Source: Candidatus Daviesbacteria bacterium (GTDB lineage Bacteria; Patescibacteriota; Microgenomatia; Daviesbacterales; UBA10151). Taken from it: a stretch of DNA of 62,956 nucleotides. Position 1 is the stretch's first letter; the number at the start of each line of letters is the position of its first letter. Location: contig JACPKM010000002.1 in NCBI GenBank assembly GCA_016187025.1, positions 1 through 62,956 of the forward strand, in the 5' to 3' direction. Shown here one piece after another: positions 39,613-48,821 of this stretch. The notes under the pieces are model-generated. The model was not told the origin of the DNA. It made no database searches and saw only the letters and a list, made by a program, of their open reading frames with translations. Made by a program: the position numbers and the translations under genes.

Positions 39613-40872
39613 ATGCGCTATTTGATTGAAGGTGGAAAAAAGTTAATAGGTGAGGTGCAAATTTCCGGAAACAAAAATTCTGTTTTTCCTTGTGTGGCTG
39701 CTGCTCTTTTAACAGATCAAGAGGTTGTTTTAGAAAATGTTCCTCAAATAAGGGATGTTGAGATTTTAGTGCAGATACTCAAAGATTTGGGAGTTAAAGT
39801 AAGTCTTGATAAAAATGTTTTGACAATTAATGCTGAAGGATTGAGAAAGTATTCTTTGGCAGATGGTTTAGCAATAAAGCTGAGAGGGTCGATTGTTTTG
39901 GTTGGTGGTTTACTTGGAAGAATGGGTAAAGTAAGCTTTCATCATCCGGGTGGGGATATCATAGGAAAAAGAAGTATTGAAACACACTTATTAGGCTTTA
40001 AATCCCTAGGCGCAACAGTAAAAAAAGATGATCTTAATTTCTCTGTACATTATGCAGACAAACTGCCTTCAGAGGATGTAAACATATTTTTGCCTGAGGC
40101 CTCTGTAACTGCCACTGAAAACATTATTCTTGCGTCAGTTCTGGGAAAAAGAGTGGTGATTTTGAGAAATTGTACAAAAGAGCCTCATGTTGTTGATTTG
40201 TGCAAAATGCTTGTACAAATGGGAGTATCAATTGAAGGTATTGGTACTGATACATTAATTATCACCTCATCTGAGAGACTAAATGGTACTAGGTTCAGAA
40301 TTGGCGCTGACCCAATTGAGATTGGGACATACGCAATAGCAGCAGCTATCACCAATGGAAAGATTACCCTTTCTGGAGTGGATTCTACTGATTTTGATCC
40401 AATGTTTTGTGTTTTAGAGAGAATGGGAGTTAAAATTGAAAAAAAGCAGGAGCAGCTGGTTTGCTTTACTGATTTACTCAAGTCAATAAGTAAAATTCAA
40501 ACAAATATCTGGCCTGGATTTCCCACAGATTTGATGAGTGTTGCAGTGGTGTTGGCAACTCAAGCAAAAGGAATAACTCTGTGTCATGACTGGATGTATG
40601 AATCAAGGATGTTTTTTGTTGATAAGCTAATTGCTATGGGAGCCCATATTACTTTGGCTGATCCACACAGAGTATTAGTCTATGGACCAGCAGGACTAAA
40701 AGCCCGGGAGCTAGAAACTCCTGATATAAGAGCTGGAATGGCCTTAGTTTTGGCTGCGCTTGTTGCCAAAGGTAAAAGCATTATAAACAGGGCAGAGTTA
40801 ATAGAAAGAGGATACGAGGATGTAGTCGGTAAGTTGAGAAGTTTAGGTGCTGATATTGAAAGAAAAGAATAA
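39613..40872 (+). CDS. murA: UDP-GlcNAc 1-carboxyvinyltransferase
   Basis: SGNKN, LRGS, PGGDIIGKR, SVTATEN, PGFPTD, TPDIRAG, IERGYE. Confidence 0.96.
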   Translation: MRYLIEGGKKLIGEVQISGNKNSVFPCVAAALLTDQEVVLENVPQIRDVEILVQILKDLGVKVSLDKNVLTINAEGLRKYSLADGLAIKLRGSIVLVGGLLGRMGKVSFHHPGGDIIGKRSIETHLLGFKSLGATVKKDDLNFSVHYADKLPSEDVNIFLPEASVTATENIILASVLGKRVVILRNCTKEPHVVDLCKMLVQMGVSIEGIGTDTLIITSSERLNGTRFRIGADPIEIGTYAIAAAITNGKITLSGVDSTDFDPMFCVLERMGVKIEKKQEQLVCFTDLLKSISKIQTNIWPGFPTDLMSVAVVLATQAKGITLCHDWMYESRMFFVDKLIAMGAHITLADPHRVLVYGPAGLKARELETPDIRAGMALVLAALVAKGKSIINRAELIERGYEDVVGKLRSLGADIERKE

Positions 40873-40926
40873 TCTGGATAAATTCTGGCTGTCCAAAAAG
40901 AACAAATATTAAAGTATAATTGGAAC

Positions 40927-42120
40927 GTGGATATTACAAGACATCCTATTTGGAAAGGTGTTGCCCCTTATAAAAAGCCCTTCCATTTTTTAAGAATTAA
41001 GCTTGCCCGTCAATATGCAAAATTGATTCCTGCGGACCGTTTTATAGGAGTCACCGGTTCAGTGGGAAAAACAACTACTGTCCAAACATGTAAAGCAGTC
41101 TTGAGTAAAAAGCTTAAAACTTTAGCTACAACTGAAACCTCCAAAAACGTTAATTTAGACCCCATCTTTAATATACCAATGACCCTTTTAAGGATTAGCC
41201 CAAAAGTTAAGAAGATTATTTTGGAAATGGGTGTTGAATACGTGGGTGATATGAGCATTTATTTAGATATTGTTAAACCTAAAACAGCGATACTTACCAA
41301 GATTTCCTATGTTCATTCTGAATTTTTTGGAAGCGTAAATCAAATTATAGAAGAAAAAAGTAAACTATTTGCACAGTTGCCAAATGATGGTTTGGCAATT
41401 TTAAATTGGGATGATCTGAATTCAAGAAGAGTTGCAGAAAAATGCAAAGCTCAAGTTGTCTATTACGGTACAGATTCATCAGTCTGTTTGGTTTGGGCAG
41501 AAAATATCAGGATAGAAAATTATAAAACAGTTTTCGAGCTAAACTGTGGTGTGGAAAGAGTAAGAGTAGAGCTTAAACTTTTGGGTACTCATCAAGTCTA
41601 TGCTGCACTAGCAGCAGCAACTCTGGGAGTATCAGAAAACATTTCACTGATAAAGATAAAACATGCTTTGGAGTCTGTAGTTCCTGATGAACACAGAATG
41701 CAAACTTTCGAAGGCCCAAATGGCTCGATTATTTTAGATGATACTTATAATGCAGATCCTAGTGCAGTTGAGGCAGCAATAGATACTTTACTCCAAATTC
41801 CCGCCAGAAGAAGGGTGATAGTCTTGGGGGAAATGAAAGAGTTAGGATCTTATACAGAGAGTATGCATCAGGAAATAGCCAGAAAAATATATAAAGAAAA
41901 AGTGGATTTGGTTTTTCTAGGACAGGGAAATGCGAATTTGGTTGCAGAGGAGTTAAAAAGACTTGGATTTATGGAGAATAGAATGGAGGTTAATTTGCAG
42001 AATTCTCAGATGGTTGCAAAGCTTATCCAGACACTTGAAAAAGGAGATGTATGTTTGGTGAAAGGCGCCCACTCTGTTAGACTAGATGAGGTGGTCAAAA
42101 GAATAACCAAGAAAAATTAA
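40927..42120 (+). CDS. murF: UDP-MurNAc-tripeptide--D-Ala-D-Ala ligase
   Basis: GVTGSVGKTTT, LEMG, DDTYNA, LGEMKELG, VKGAH; GTG start. Confidence 0.92.
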   Translation: MDITRHPIWKGVAPYKKPFHFLRIKLARQYAKLIPADRFIGVTGSVGKTTTVQTCKAVLSKKLKTLATTETSKNVNLDPIFNIPMTLLRISPKVKKIILEMGVEYVGDMSIYLDIVKPKTAILTKISYVHSEFFGSVNQIIEEKSKLFAQLPNDGLAILNWDDLNSRRVAEKCKAQVVYYGTDSSVCLVWAENIRIENYKTVFELNCGVERVRVELKLLGTHQVYAALAAATLGVSENISLIKIKHALESVVPDEHRMQTFEGPNGSIILDDTYNADPSAVEAAIDTLLQIPARRRVIVLGEMKELGSYTESMHQEIARKIYKEKVDLVFLGQGNANLVAEELKRLGFMENRMEVNLQNSQMVAKLIQTLEKGDVCLVKGAHSVRLDEVVKRITKKN

Positions 42121-42126
42121 AAAACT

Positions 42127-43137
42127 ATGACACAACTGTTAGGTTTGGTTTTATTATCCTTTACTATTACAAGCTTTTTCATGGTTCCCTTTATTGATTT
42201 TTTGTTTTACTTAAAGAGACGATTTGAGGTTAATAAATTTGATAGTGGTGATCACAAACAAACTCCTATTCATGATCAGTTAATGAAAGGAGATGAGGCT
42301 ATTCCCTCAGGAGGGGGAATCCTTTTGGTTGCGCTGCTTACAATACTTAGTATTATTTATTCTTTCTTTACACCCTTTAAGGATTTGGCGGGACTGAAAA
42401 TTCTTCTGTTTGCTTTAGTGTCATTTGGCCTACTTGGCTTAATAGATGATATCAAAGCAATCACCACAAAAAGGCAGGGAAAGTTTTTAGGACTGGGTAG
42501 AAAGACTTTATTTATTATTCAGGCGTTTCTTGCACTTATTATTGCCTGGTTTTTGTATTCTTTTATTGGTTTAAACAACATTTATGTATCAGGGATTGGT
42601 AATTTTATTATCGGTTGGTGGTATATTCCCCTGGCAGCATTTGTGATTATTTCTTTTGCAAATGCTTTTAATATCTCTGATGGTTTGGATGGCTTATCTT
42701 GTGGCCTTTTGACAATTTGTCTGTTTGCTTTTTTGGCACTCGCATCAGCAACACTTGATCTTAACTTGGCATCATTTATAGGTATTTGGATAGGGTCACT
42801 TTTTGCCTACCTTTATTTTAATATTTGGCCAGCTAGGATTTTTCTAGGGGATGCTGGAGCATTTGGGTTTGGAGCAACACTGGCTGTTGTAGGCTTACTG
42901 ACCGGAAAAATTTTGGCGCTTGGAATTATAGGAGGCATGTTTGTTTTAATTGTTGGCTCCTCCCTACTGCAAATTCTTTCTAAGAAAATATTTCATAAAA
43001 AGATATTGCCTGTTGCACCAATTCATATGTATTTTAAATACATTGGATGGGAAGAGCCTAAAATTGTAATGCGTTTTTGGTTAGCTCAGGCCCTATTTGC
43101 AATTTTCGGTTTATGGATGGCTCTTTTGGCAAAGTGA
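42127..43137 (+). CDS. mraY: Phospho-MurNAc-pentapeptide transferase (divergent)
   Basis: GLIDD, NISDGLDGL, FLGDAG, APIHMYF..GWEEPKIVMRFW; dcw position. Confidence 0.88.
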   Translation: MTQLLGLVLLSFTITSFFMVPFIDFLFYLKRRFEVNKFDSGDHKQTPIHDQLMKGDEAIPSGGGILLVALLTILSIIYSFFTPFKDLAGLKILLFALVSFGLLGLIDDIKAITTKRQGKFLGLGRKTLFIIQAFLALIIAWFLYSFIGLNNIYVSGIGNFIIGWWYIPLAAFVIISFANAFNISDGLDGLSCGLLTICLFAFLALASATLDLNLASFIGIWIGSLFAYLYFNIWPARIFLGDAGAFGFGATLAVVGLLTGKILALGIIGGMFVLIVGSSLLQILSKKIFHKKILPVAPIHMYFKYIGWEEPKIVMRFWLAQALFAIFGLWMALLAK

Positions 43138-43141
43138 CCAT

Positions 43142-44242
43142 ATGAAACTGCATAATGCTTATCTTCATGCCCAACAAAAATTAGTTGATTTGCAACTTCT
43201 GCTGATTGTTATAGCTTTGGTAATTTTTGGTTTGATTATGGTTTATGACTCATCAGTAATTCAGGCATTAAGGGATTATAAAGATGGATATTTTTATATA
43301 AGGCAGCAATTGATTTGGGTAGGTATTGGTGGGGTGCTGGCATTTTTCTTGGCAAATATAAACTATCAAAAACTGAAAATAATGTCAGTCCCTTTAATTG
43401 CCTTTTCACTTATTTTGCTGATTGCTGTTTTTATTCCGGGTTTGGGAGTATCGGGTGGGGGAGCACACAGATGGTTAAAGTTAGGGTTTGTTACTATTCA
43501 GCCTGCCGAAATTATAAAGCTTACCTCAGTAATTTACCTTGCTACTATATTTGAGAAAAAAGCACGCATTTTGCCATTTATTATTCTGGTTGGGCTAACA
43601 GGTTTTGTTATGGCAGTTTTGCAAAAGGATTTAGGTTCAACAATTGTTTTTGTTTTAACCTCAGCCATAATCTTTTTTATTAGCGGAGGATCGCTAATGT
43701 ATTTTTTGCTAGCAATTCCTCCAGCAGTGATTAGCTTACTTGTCTTAGTCTTAACTTCTGAGTACAGAAGAAAAAGGATATTGGCATTTTTGGACCCGTT
43801 TTCCGATACGCAAGGGTTTACTTACCATATTTCTCAAGTGTTAATTGCTCTTGGGTCAGGTGGAATATTTGGTTTAGGACTGGGCCAATCTAGACAAAAG
43901 TTTGAATATATTCCTGAGGTTTCAACTGATTCTATTTTTGGTGTAATCGGTGAGGAGTTAGGGTTTTTGGGAGGGATAGTGTTAATTTCTCTTTTTGTTT
44001 TACTTATTTTCCGAGGAATTAAGATAGCGCAACAAATTGATGATAATTTTGGAAAAATTTTGGCTCTGGGACTGACTGCAATGTTAGGAATTCAAGCGAT
44101 TGTTAATCTGTCCTCCATGGTAGCGCTTTTGCCGCTGACTGGAGTACCACTGCCTTTTATCTCTTATGGAGGATCAGCTTTAGTTGCAAATCTAATGGCG
44201 GTAGGTATACTTTTAAATATCTCTAAAAATATAAAGCTATGA
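43142..44242 (+). CDS. ftsW: SEDS peptidoglycan polymerase FtsW
   Basis: GAHRW, IQPAE, QKDLGS, PEVSTDSIF, GVPLPFISYGGS; ATG at 43142. Confidence 0.93.
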   Translation: MKLHNAYLHAQQKLVDLQLLLIVIALVIFGLIMVYDSSVIQALRDYKDGYFYIRQQLIWVGIGGVLAFFLANINYQKLKIMSVPLIAFSLILLIAVFIPGLGVSGGGAHRWLKLGFVTIQPAEIIKLTSVIYLATIFEKKARILPFIILVGLTGFVMAVLQKDLGSTIVFVLTSAIIFFISGGSLMYFLLAIPPAVISLLVLVLTSEYRRKRILAFLDPFSDTQGFTYHISQVLIALGSGGIFGLGLGQSRQKFEYIPEVSTDSIFGVIGEELGFLGGIVLISLFVLLIFRGIKIAQQIDDNFGKILALGLTAMLGIQAIVNLSSMVALLPLTGVPLPFISYGGSALVANLMAVGILLNISKNIKL

Positions 44243-45348
44243 ACGTACTTCTCGCTGGTGCTCACTTTACCCCTGCTGTTGCAGTAATAGAAGTTCTAAA
44301 AGATCTCCCAAATATTAAGTTAGTTTATGTGGGAAGAAAAACGACCCTAGAGGGTGATCCGTCTTTATCAGCAGAATCACAAGTTTTACCAAAATTAGGG
44401 GTAAAGTTTATTCCAATTACCACAGGAAGATTGCAAAGAAACTTAAGCTTCTATACTTTTATTTCTCTGCTAAAGATTCCTGTTGGATTTGTCCAATCAT
44501 TTTTTATTATTGTTAAAGAAAAACCAGATGTATTACTTTCTTTCGGCGGGTATGTATCTGTTCCGTTGGTTATTGTAGCTTGGTTATTTTCAATTCCTAT
44601 TATTGTACATGAGCAAACCATGGTGTCAGGTTTGGCAAATAAAATTAGTGCAATTTTTGCCGATAAAATAGCTTATTCTTTCTCTGTCAAAAAGTTTAGC
44701 AAGAAAGAAGTTTTGACTGGTAATCCCTTGAGAGGCGAGATAATAAACTATAAAGATGTTATATTAACAGAAGGATTTGAAAAGATAATATATTTTGCTC
44801 GTAATAAAAAACTTCCACTGGTTTTGGTAACAGGTGGCAATCAGGGTTCGCATACTCTAAACGTATTGATTGAGAAATCATTAGAAGAGTTATTAAAAAC
44901 TTGCTGTATTATTCATCAAACCGGGGATTCTAACTTCAAAGATTATGACAGGTTAAGATTTTACCAGACTGATAGATACCTTCCGGTTAAATTTATTGGT
45001 AACGGAATTGGTAAGCTTATCAAGTACTCTGATTTAGTAGTATCAAGAGCTGGTGCAAATACGCTAATAGAACTTTCTTTTTTTGAAAAACCAGCAATTG
45101 TTATTCCCTTACCGTATTTGTACCAAGATGAACAAAATAAAAATGCTGATTATTTTGAAAAACTTGGTTTAGTGCAAAAAATACCCCAAAAAGATTTAAA
45201 CAATGCAGATTCTTTGGTAAAAAAAATAAAAGAATGTTTGAAAGATTTAGAAAGTCTAAATCAGAAAGCTAAGGGCGCAAGGCAAGTAGTTTTCAAAGAT
45301 GCGGCAAAAAGGCTGGCCATAGAAACTATCAGTTTGGTAAATCGCTAG
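44239..45348 (+). CDS. murG: Lipid II GlcNAc transferase MurG
   Basis: AHFTPA, SFGGYVSVP, HEQT, TGNPLR, GGNQG, SRAG, EQNKNA. Confidence 0.9.
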   Translation: MNVLLAGAHFTPAVAVIEVLKDLPNIKLVYVGRKTTLEGDPSLSAESQVLPKLGVKFIPITTGRLQRNLSFYTFISLLKIPVGFVQSFFIIVKEKPDVLLSFGGYVSVPLVIVAWLFSIPIIVHEQTMVSGLANKISAIFADKIAYSFSVKKFSKKEVLTGNPLRGEIINYKDVILTEGFEKIIYFARNKKLPLVLVTGGNQGSHTLNVLIEKSLEELLKTCCIIHQTGDSNFKDYDRLRFYQTDRYLPVKFIGNGIGKLIKYSDLVVSRAGANTLIELSFFEKPAIVIPLPYLYQDEQNKNADYFEKLGLVQKIPQKDLNNADSLVKKIKECLKDLESLNQKAKGARQVVFKDAAKRLAIETISLVNR

Positions 45349-45380
45349 GATAAGCTACTAGGCTCATATGCAAATTTATT

Positions 45381-46268
45381 ATGTTTTTATCTAGAAAGCA
45401 AAATCACAGAAAGTTTTCAACCCGGATAAAAAAATCCCGTTTTTATATTAAAACTGCATTTTTTGCCATAACTATTTTACTTTTACTTTTTGGAATTTAC
45501 TATCTAGTTTTTATATCGGATATTTTTTTGATAAAGGAATTTAAACTTACAAAAGATAGGACAGATTGCATCGATACAAACGAGATTGAGAATAATTTAA
45601 CAACCGAAAAGTATAATTTTTTCACTATAGATAAAAAGCCTATTTTAGCCAACCTACAAAAAAGGTTTTACTGTGTAAAAGATTTGAAAGTTAAAAAGGT
45701 ACTTCCCGATAAGATAGAATTAATATTATCTAATAGAGAAAAAAAAGCAGTTGTAACTAGTTTAGGAAAAGAGGCATCAATATCTGCTTTAATTTTAGAT
45801 GCGAGTTTTGATTCTTCTGCCAGCGCCATTGCTTCTTATTCGGGACTTATCAAAGGAGACAAAGAACGGTTTTTTATTGACCGGGAAGGTATGGTTTTTG
45901 ATAGAGCCTTAGAAGAAAATAATCTGCCAACAATATACCTAGCAGGCAATTTGAAACTAGGAGAAAAAATAGCGGGTGATCAAATAATAAAAGTATTGGA
46001 GATTGTTGAAAAACTTGCTTCCTTTGGTATGCCTGTTAAAGATGCTAAATTTATTTCAGAAAAGGATTTAGCAGTTAATTCTTTGCCCTATGTGGTATTT
46101 AATCTTGCAGCAGATATATACCCTCAACTGGCGTCTTTACAACTTATCCTGAACAAAGCTAAAATAGACAATAGGAACATTTCCCAAGGGGAAATAAGTG
46201 AAAAAAATATTGAGTTTATCGACTTACGGTACGATAAACCTGTTGTAAGACTTGCCCCCGAAAAATAA
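45381..46268 (+). CDS. ftsQ: FtsQ/DivIB-like protein
   Basis: Basic N-terminus, TM, POTRA-like KKVLPDKI, C-terminal FIDLRYDKPVVR; lies before ftsA. Confidence 0.75.
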   Translation: MFLSRKQNHRKFSTRIKKSRFYIKTAFFAITILLLLFGIYYLVFISDIFLIKEFKLTKDRTDCIDTNEIENNLTTEKYNFFTIDKKPILANLQKRFYCVKDLKVKKVLPDKIELILSNREKKAVVTSLGKEASISALILDASFDSSASAIASYSGLIKGDKERFFIDREGMVFDRALEENNLPTIYLAGNLKLGEKIAGDQIIKVLEIVEKLASFGMPVKDAKFISEKDLAVNSLPYVVFNLAADIYPQLASLQLILNKAKIDNRNISQGEISEKNIEFIDLRYDKPVVRLAPEK

Positions 46269-46288
46269 TAGTAAAGGGAAAGAAAAAT

Positions 46289-47569
46289 ATGGCAAAAGAT
46301 AAAGTTGTTTGTGGAATAGATGTTGGATCTTCTAAAATTTCCACCCTGATTGCATCAGTTGATGAAAATGGAAAAATAAACTTAATAGGCGTTTCAGCTA
46401 CACCCTCAAAAGGAGTCAGGAAAAATCAAGTTGTAGATATCGAAGAAGCAGTCAGAGCAATAACCGAATCAGTAGAAGCAGCAGAAAGAATGGCAGGATA
46501 TTCTATATCAAATTCTTTTGTTTCAGTAGGTGGTCCTCAAATTGAGAGCACCAATTCCCACGCGGTTGTAGCCGTAGCTCAACCTGAAGGTGAAATTAAA
46601 GAAAGCGATATTTTAAGAGTAAATGATGCAGCCAAAGCTATAGCCCTGCCTTCTTCCAGAGAAATTATTCATGTAATTCCAAGAACCTTTACAGTCGATG
46701 GTCAAGAGGGTATCAAAGATCCAGTAGGAATGACCGGAATAAGGCTTGAAACTGAAACTCACATTATTTCCGGTTCAAGCACTTCGATTAGAAATTTAGT
46801 TAAATGTGTATCTGAAGTAGGGATTGAGGTAAATGAGTTAGTGTTTAACGGTATTGCTTCTTCTTTGGCAGTTTTGACTGAAACCGAAAAAGAACTAGGA
46901 GTTGTATTGGTAGATATAGGGGGTGAAACAACAGATGTGGTGATTTTTGTAGATGGGTCAATTGCCTATTCATCTGTTGTTCCGATTGGAGCAAGGCATA
47001 TCACATCTGATTTAGCAGTTGGATTAAGAGTTTCTCTGGAATCAGCAGAGAAAATCAAGCTATCTTTAGGCAAGATAATAAAGACTCCTTCTATGCCAGA
47101 GGAAAAAGTGGAAGGCAAGAAAAAGGAAGAAGAGAGTTTAGATCTTAAAGCTTTAGGAATTGACGAAGACGTACAAAAAATCTCTAAAAAGGCGGTTGTA
47201 GATGGAATTATTAGACCACGGCTTCAGGAGTTGGTTAAGTATATCGGTAAGGAAATTAAAAAGAGTGGATTTGGAACTCAAATACCTTCAGGTTTGGTAA
47301 TCTGCGGAGGAGGTGCTCAGACTGTGGGAGTTTTAGAGCAAGCAAAATATGTCTTAGGTTTTCCAGCCAGACTAGGAAAGATTGAAGGACTGGCAGGTAT
47401 GGTTGATGAGATTGAGTCTTCAGCTTTTTCAGCAGCCGCAGGTTTAATTTTTTACGGCGTTGGTCAACCTACTCCCACAGAATATAAATTACCCGTTCTA
47501 TCAGCAAACCTACCTTTAAGAAATTTAGTTCAAAAAGGGGTAGCTCTTATTAAATCTCTTCTGCCTTAA
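46289..47569 (+). CDS. ftsA: Cell division protein FtsA
   Basis: GIDVGSSKI, VDIGGETT, C-terminal amphipathic helix. Confidence 0.96.
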   Translation: MAKDKVVCGIDVGSSKISTLIASVDENGKINLIGVSATPSKGVRKNQVVDIEEAVRAITESVEAAERMAGYSISNSFVSVGGPQIESTNSHAVVAVAQPEGEIKESDILRVNDAAKAIALPSSREIIHVIPRTFTVDGQEGIKDPVGMTGIRLETETHIISGSSTSIRNLVKCVSEVGIEVNELVFNGIASSLAVLTETEKELGVVLVDIGGETTDVVIFVDGSIAYSSVVPIGARHITSDLAVGLRVSLESAEKIKLSLGKIIKTPSMPEEKVEGKKKEEESLDLKALGIDEDVQKISKKAVVDGIIRPRLQELVKYIGKEIKKSGFGTQIPSGLVICGGGAQTVGVLEQAKYVLGFPARLGKIEGLAGMVDEIESSAFSAAAGLIFYGVGQPTPTEYKLPVLSANLPLRNLVQKGVALIKSLLP

Positions 47570-47576
47570 AAAGTTA

Positions 47577-47605
47577 TTGTAAGTCTTGATGTTATCTGCT
47601 AAAAT
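47577..47605 (+). promoter_or_regulatory. ftsZ promoter
   Basis: TTGTAA-N17-TAAAAT with extended TG. Confidence 0.65.
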
Positions 47606-47623
47606 CCTGCCAAAGAGCATATT

Positions 47624-48781
47624 ATGTTGATTAAACCTGATGTTCAGAGATTTGCAAAGATTAAAGTAATGGGTTTAGGTGGTGGCGGAACAAACGCATT
47701 AAACTCAATGATTTCTCTTCAGCAAATTCAAGGTGTCGAATTTGTGGCAATCAATACTGATGCCCAAGCTTTGATGAGTAATCAGGCTCCTACAAAAGTT
47801 CAGATTGGTGAAACATTAACCCGGGGTTTGGGATCTGGTGGTAACCCTGAGGTAGGTCAGCAAGCAGCTGAGGAATCTATTCAAAAACTTCAAGATGTTT
47901 TGCAAGATGCGGATATGGTATTTTTAACTGCTGGTATGGGTGGAGGAACAGGAACAGGTTCAATACCTATAGCAGCACAGGTTGCCAAGAGTTTAGGTGC
48001 CCTGACTGTAGCGGTTGTCACAAAGCCGTTTGCGTTTGAAGGTACCAGGAGAATGATGGTGGCAGAGGATGGGGTTGAGAAACTAAAAGATAAGGTAGAT
48101 GCTTTGATTGTTATCCCAAACCAAAGACTTTTGGAAGTGGTAGATAAAAATATGTCTCTTCAGGAAGCTTTTAAGTTAGCTGATTCGGTTTTGGGTCAGG
48201 GTGTACAGGGAATTTCTGATTTAATTACCATGCCAGGACTGATCAATGTAGACTTTGCTGATGTTAAGTCTATTATGAGTAGCGCTGGTTCTGCCTTGAT
48301 GGGTATTGGTGTTGCAGGAGGAGAAAATAGGGCAGCTGCTGCAGCTAGAATGGCTATTGCCTCACCTTTGCTTGAGGTTTCAATAGAAGGGGCCAAAGGG
48401 GTACTATTTAATATAGTTGGTGGACCAGATTTGGGTATGAATGAGGTTAATGAGGCAGCCCAAGTTATAGCTCAAGCAGCGGATCCGGATGCAAATATAA
48501 TTTTTGGTGCAACGATCAAAGAAGACCAGATAGATCAGGTTAAAGTATCAGTTATTGCAACTGGTTTTGACGAGACCAGAAGGAGATTAAGAGAGTATGT
48601 TGGAACAGGGGTTGGATCATCAGCGCAGCAAGGATCAAACTGGAGAAGTGATCCTTATACCAACAACAGACCAATCCAACAGCAATCAGCTCAAGAAGAG
48701 GAAGAAGTAGCCCACGAGACAATAAGGGATGAAGAGGAAGAAGATTTGGAGATTCCCGCTTTTTTGCGTTCAGGCCGCTAA
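47624..48781 (+). CDS. ftsZ: Cell division protein FtsZ
   Basis: [24 protein letters not shown]-terminal LEIPAFLR. Confidence 0.98.
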   Translation: MLIKPDVQRFAKIKVMGLGGGGTNALNSMISLQQIQGVEFVAINTDAQALMSNQAPTKVQIGETLTRGLGSGGNPEVGQQAAEESIQKLQDVLQDADMVFLTAGMGGGTGTGSIPIAAQVAKSLGALTVAVVTKPFAFEGTRRMMVAEDGVEKLKDKVDALIVIPNQRLLEVVDKNMSLQEAFKLADSVLGQGVQGISDLITMPGLINVDFADVKSIMSSAGSALMGIGVAGGENRAAAAARMAIASPLLEVSIEGAKGVLFNIVGGPDLGMNEVNEAAQVIAQAADPDANIIFGATIKEDQIDQVKVSVIATGFDETRRRLREYVGTGVGSSAQQGSNWRSDPYTNNRPIQQQSAQEEEEVAHETIRDEEEEDLEIPAFLRSGR

Positions 48782-48821
48782 AATATTGCCTTTTGCCTCA
48801 TATAAACGTAGAATTAACTTC

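Noticed and set aside
48782-48821. T-box or riboswitch leaders before ileS or glyQS
   Set aside because: The gaps are 40 nt and 1 nt; ileS looks leaderless.
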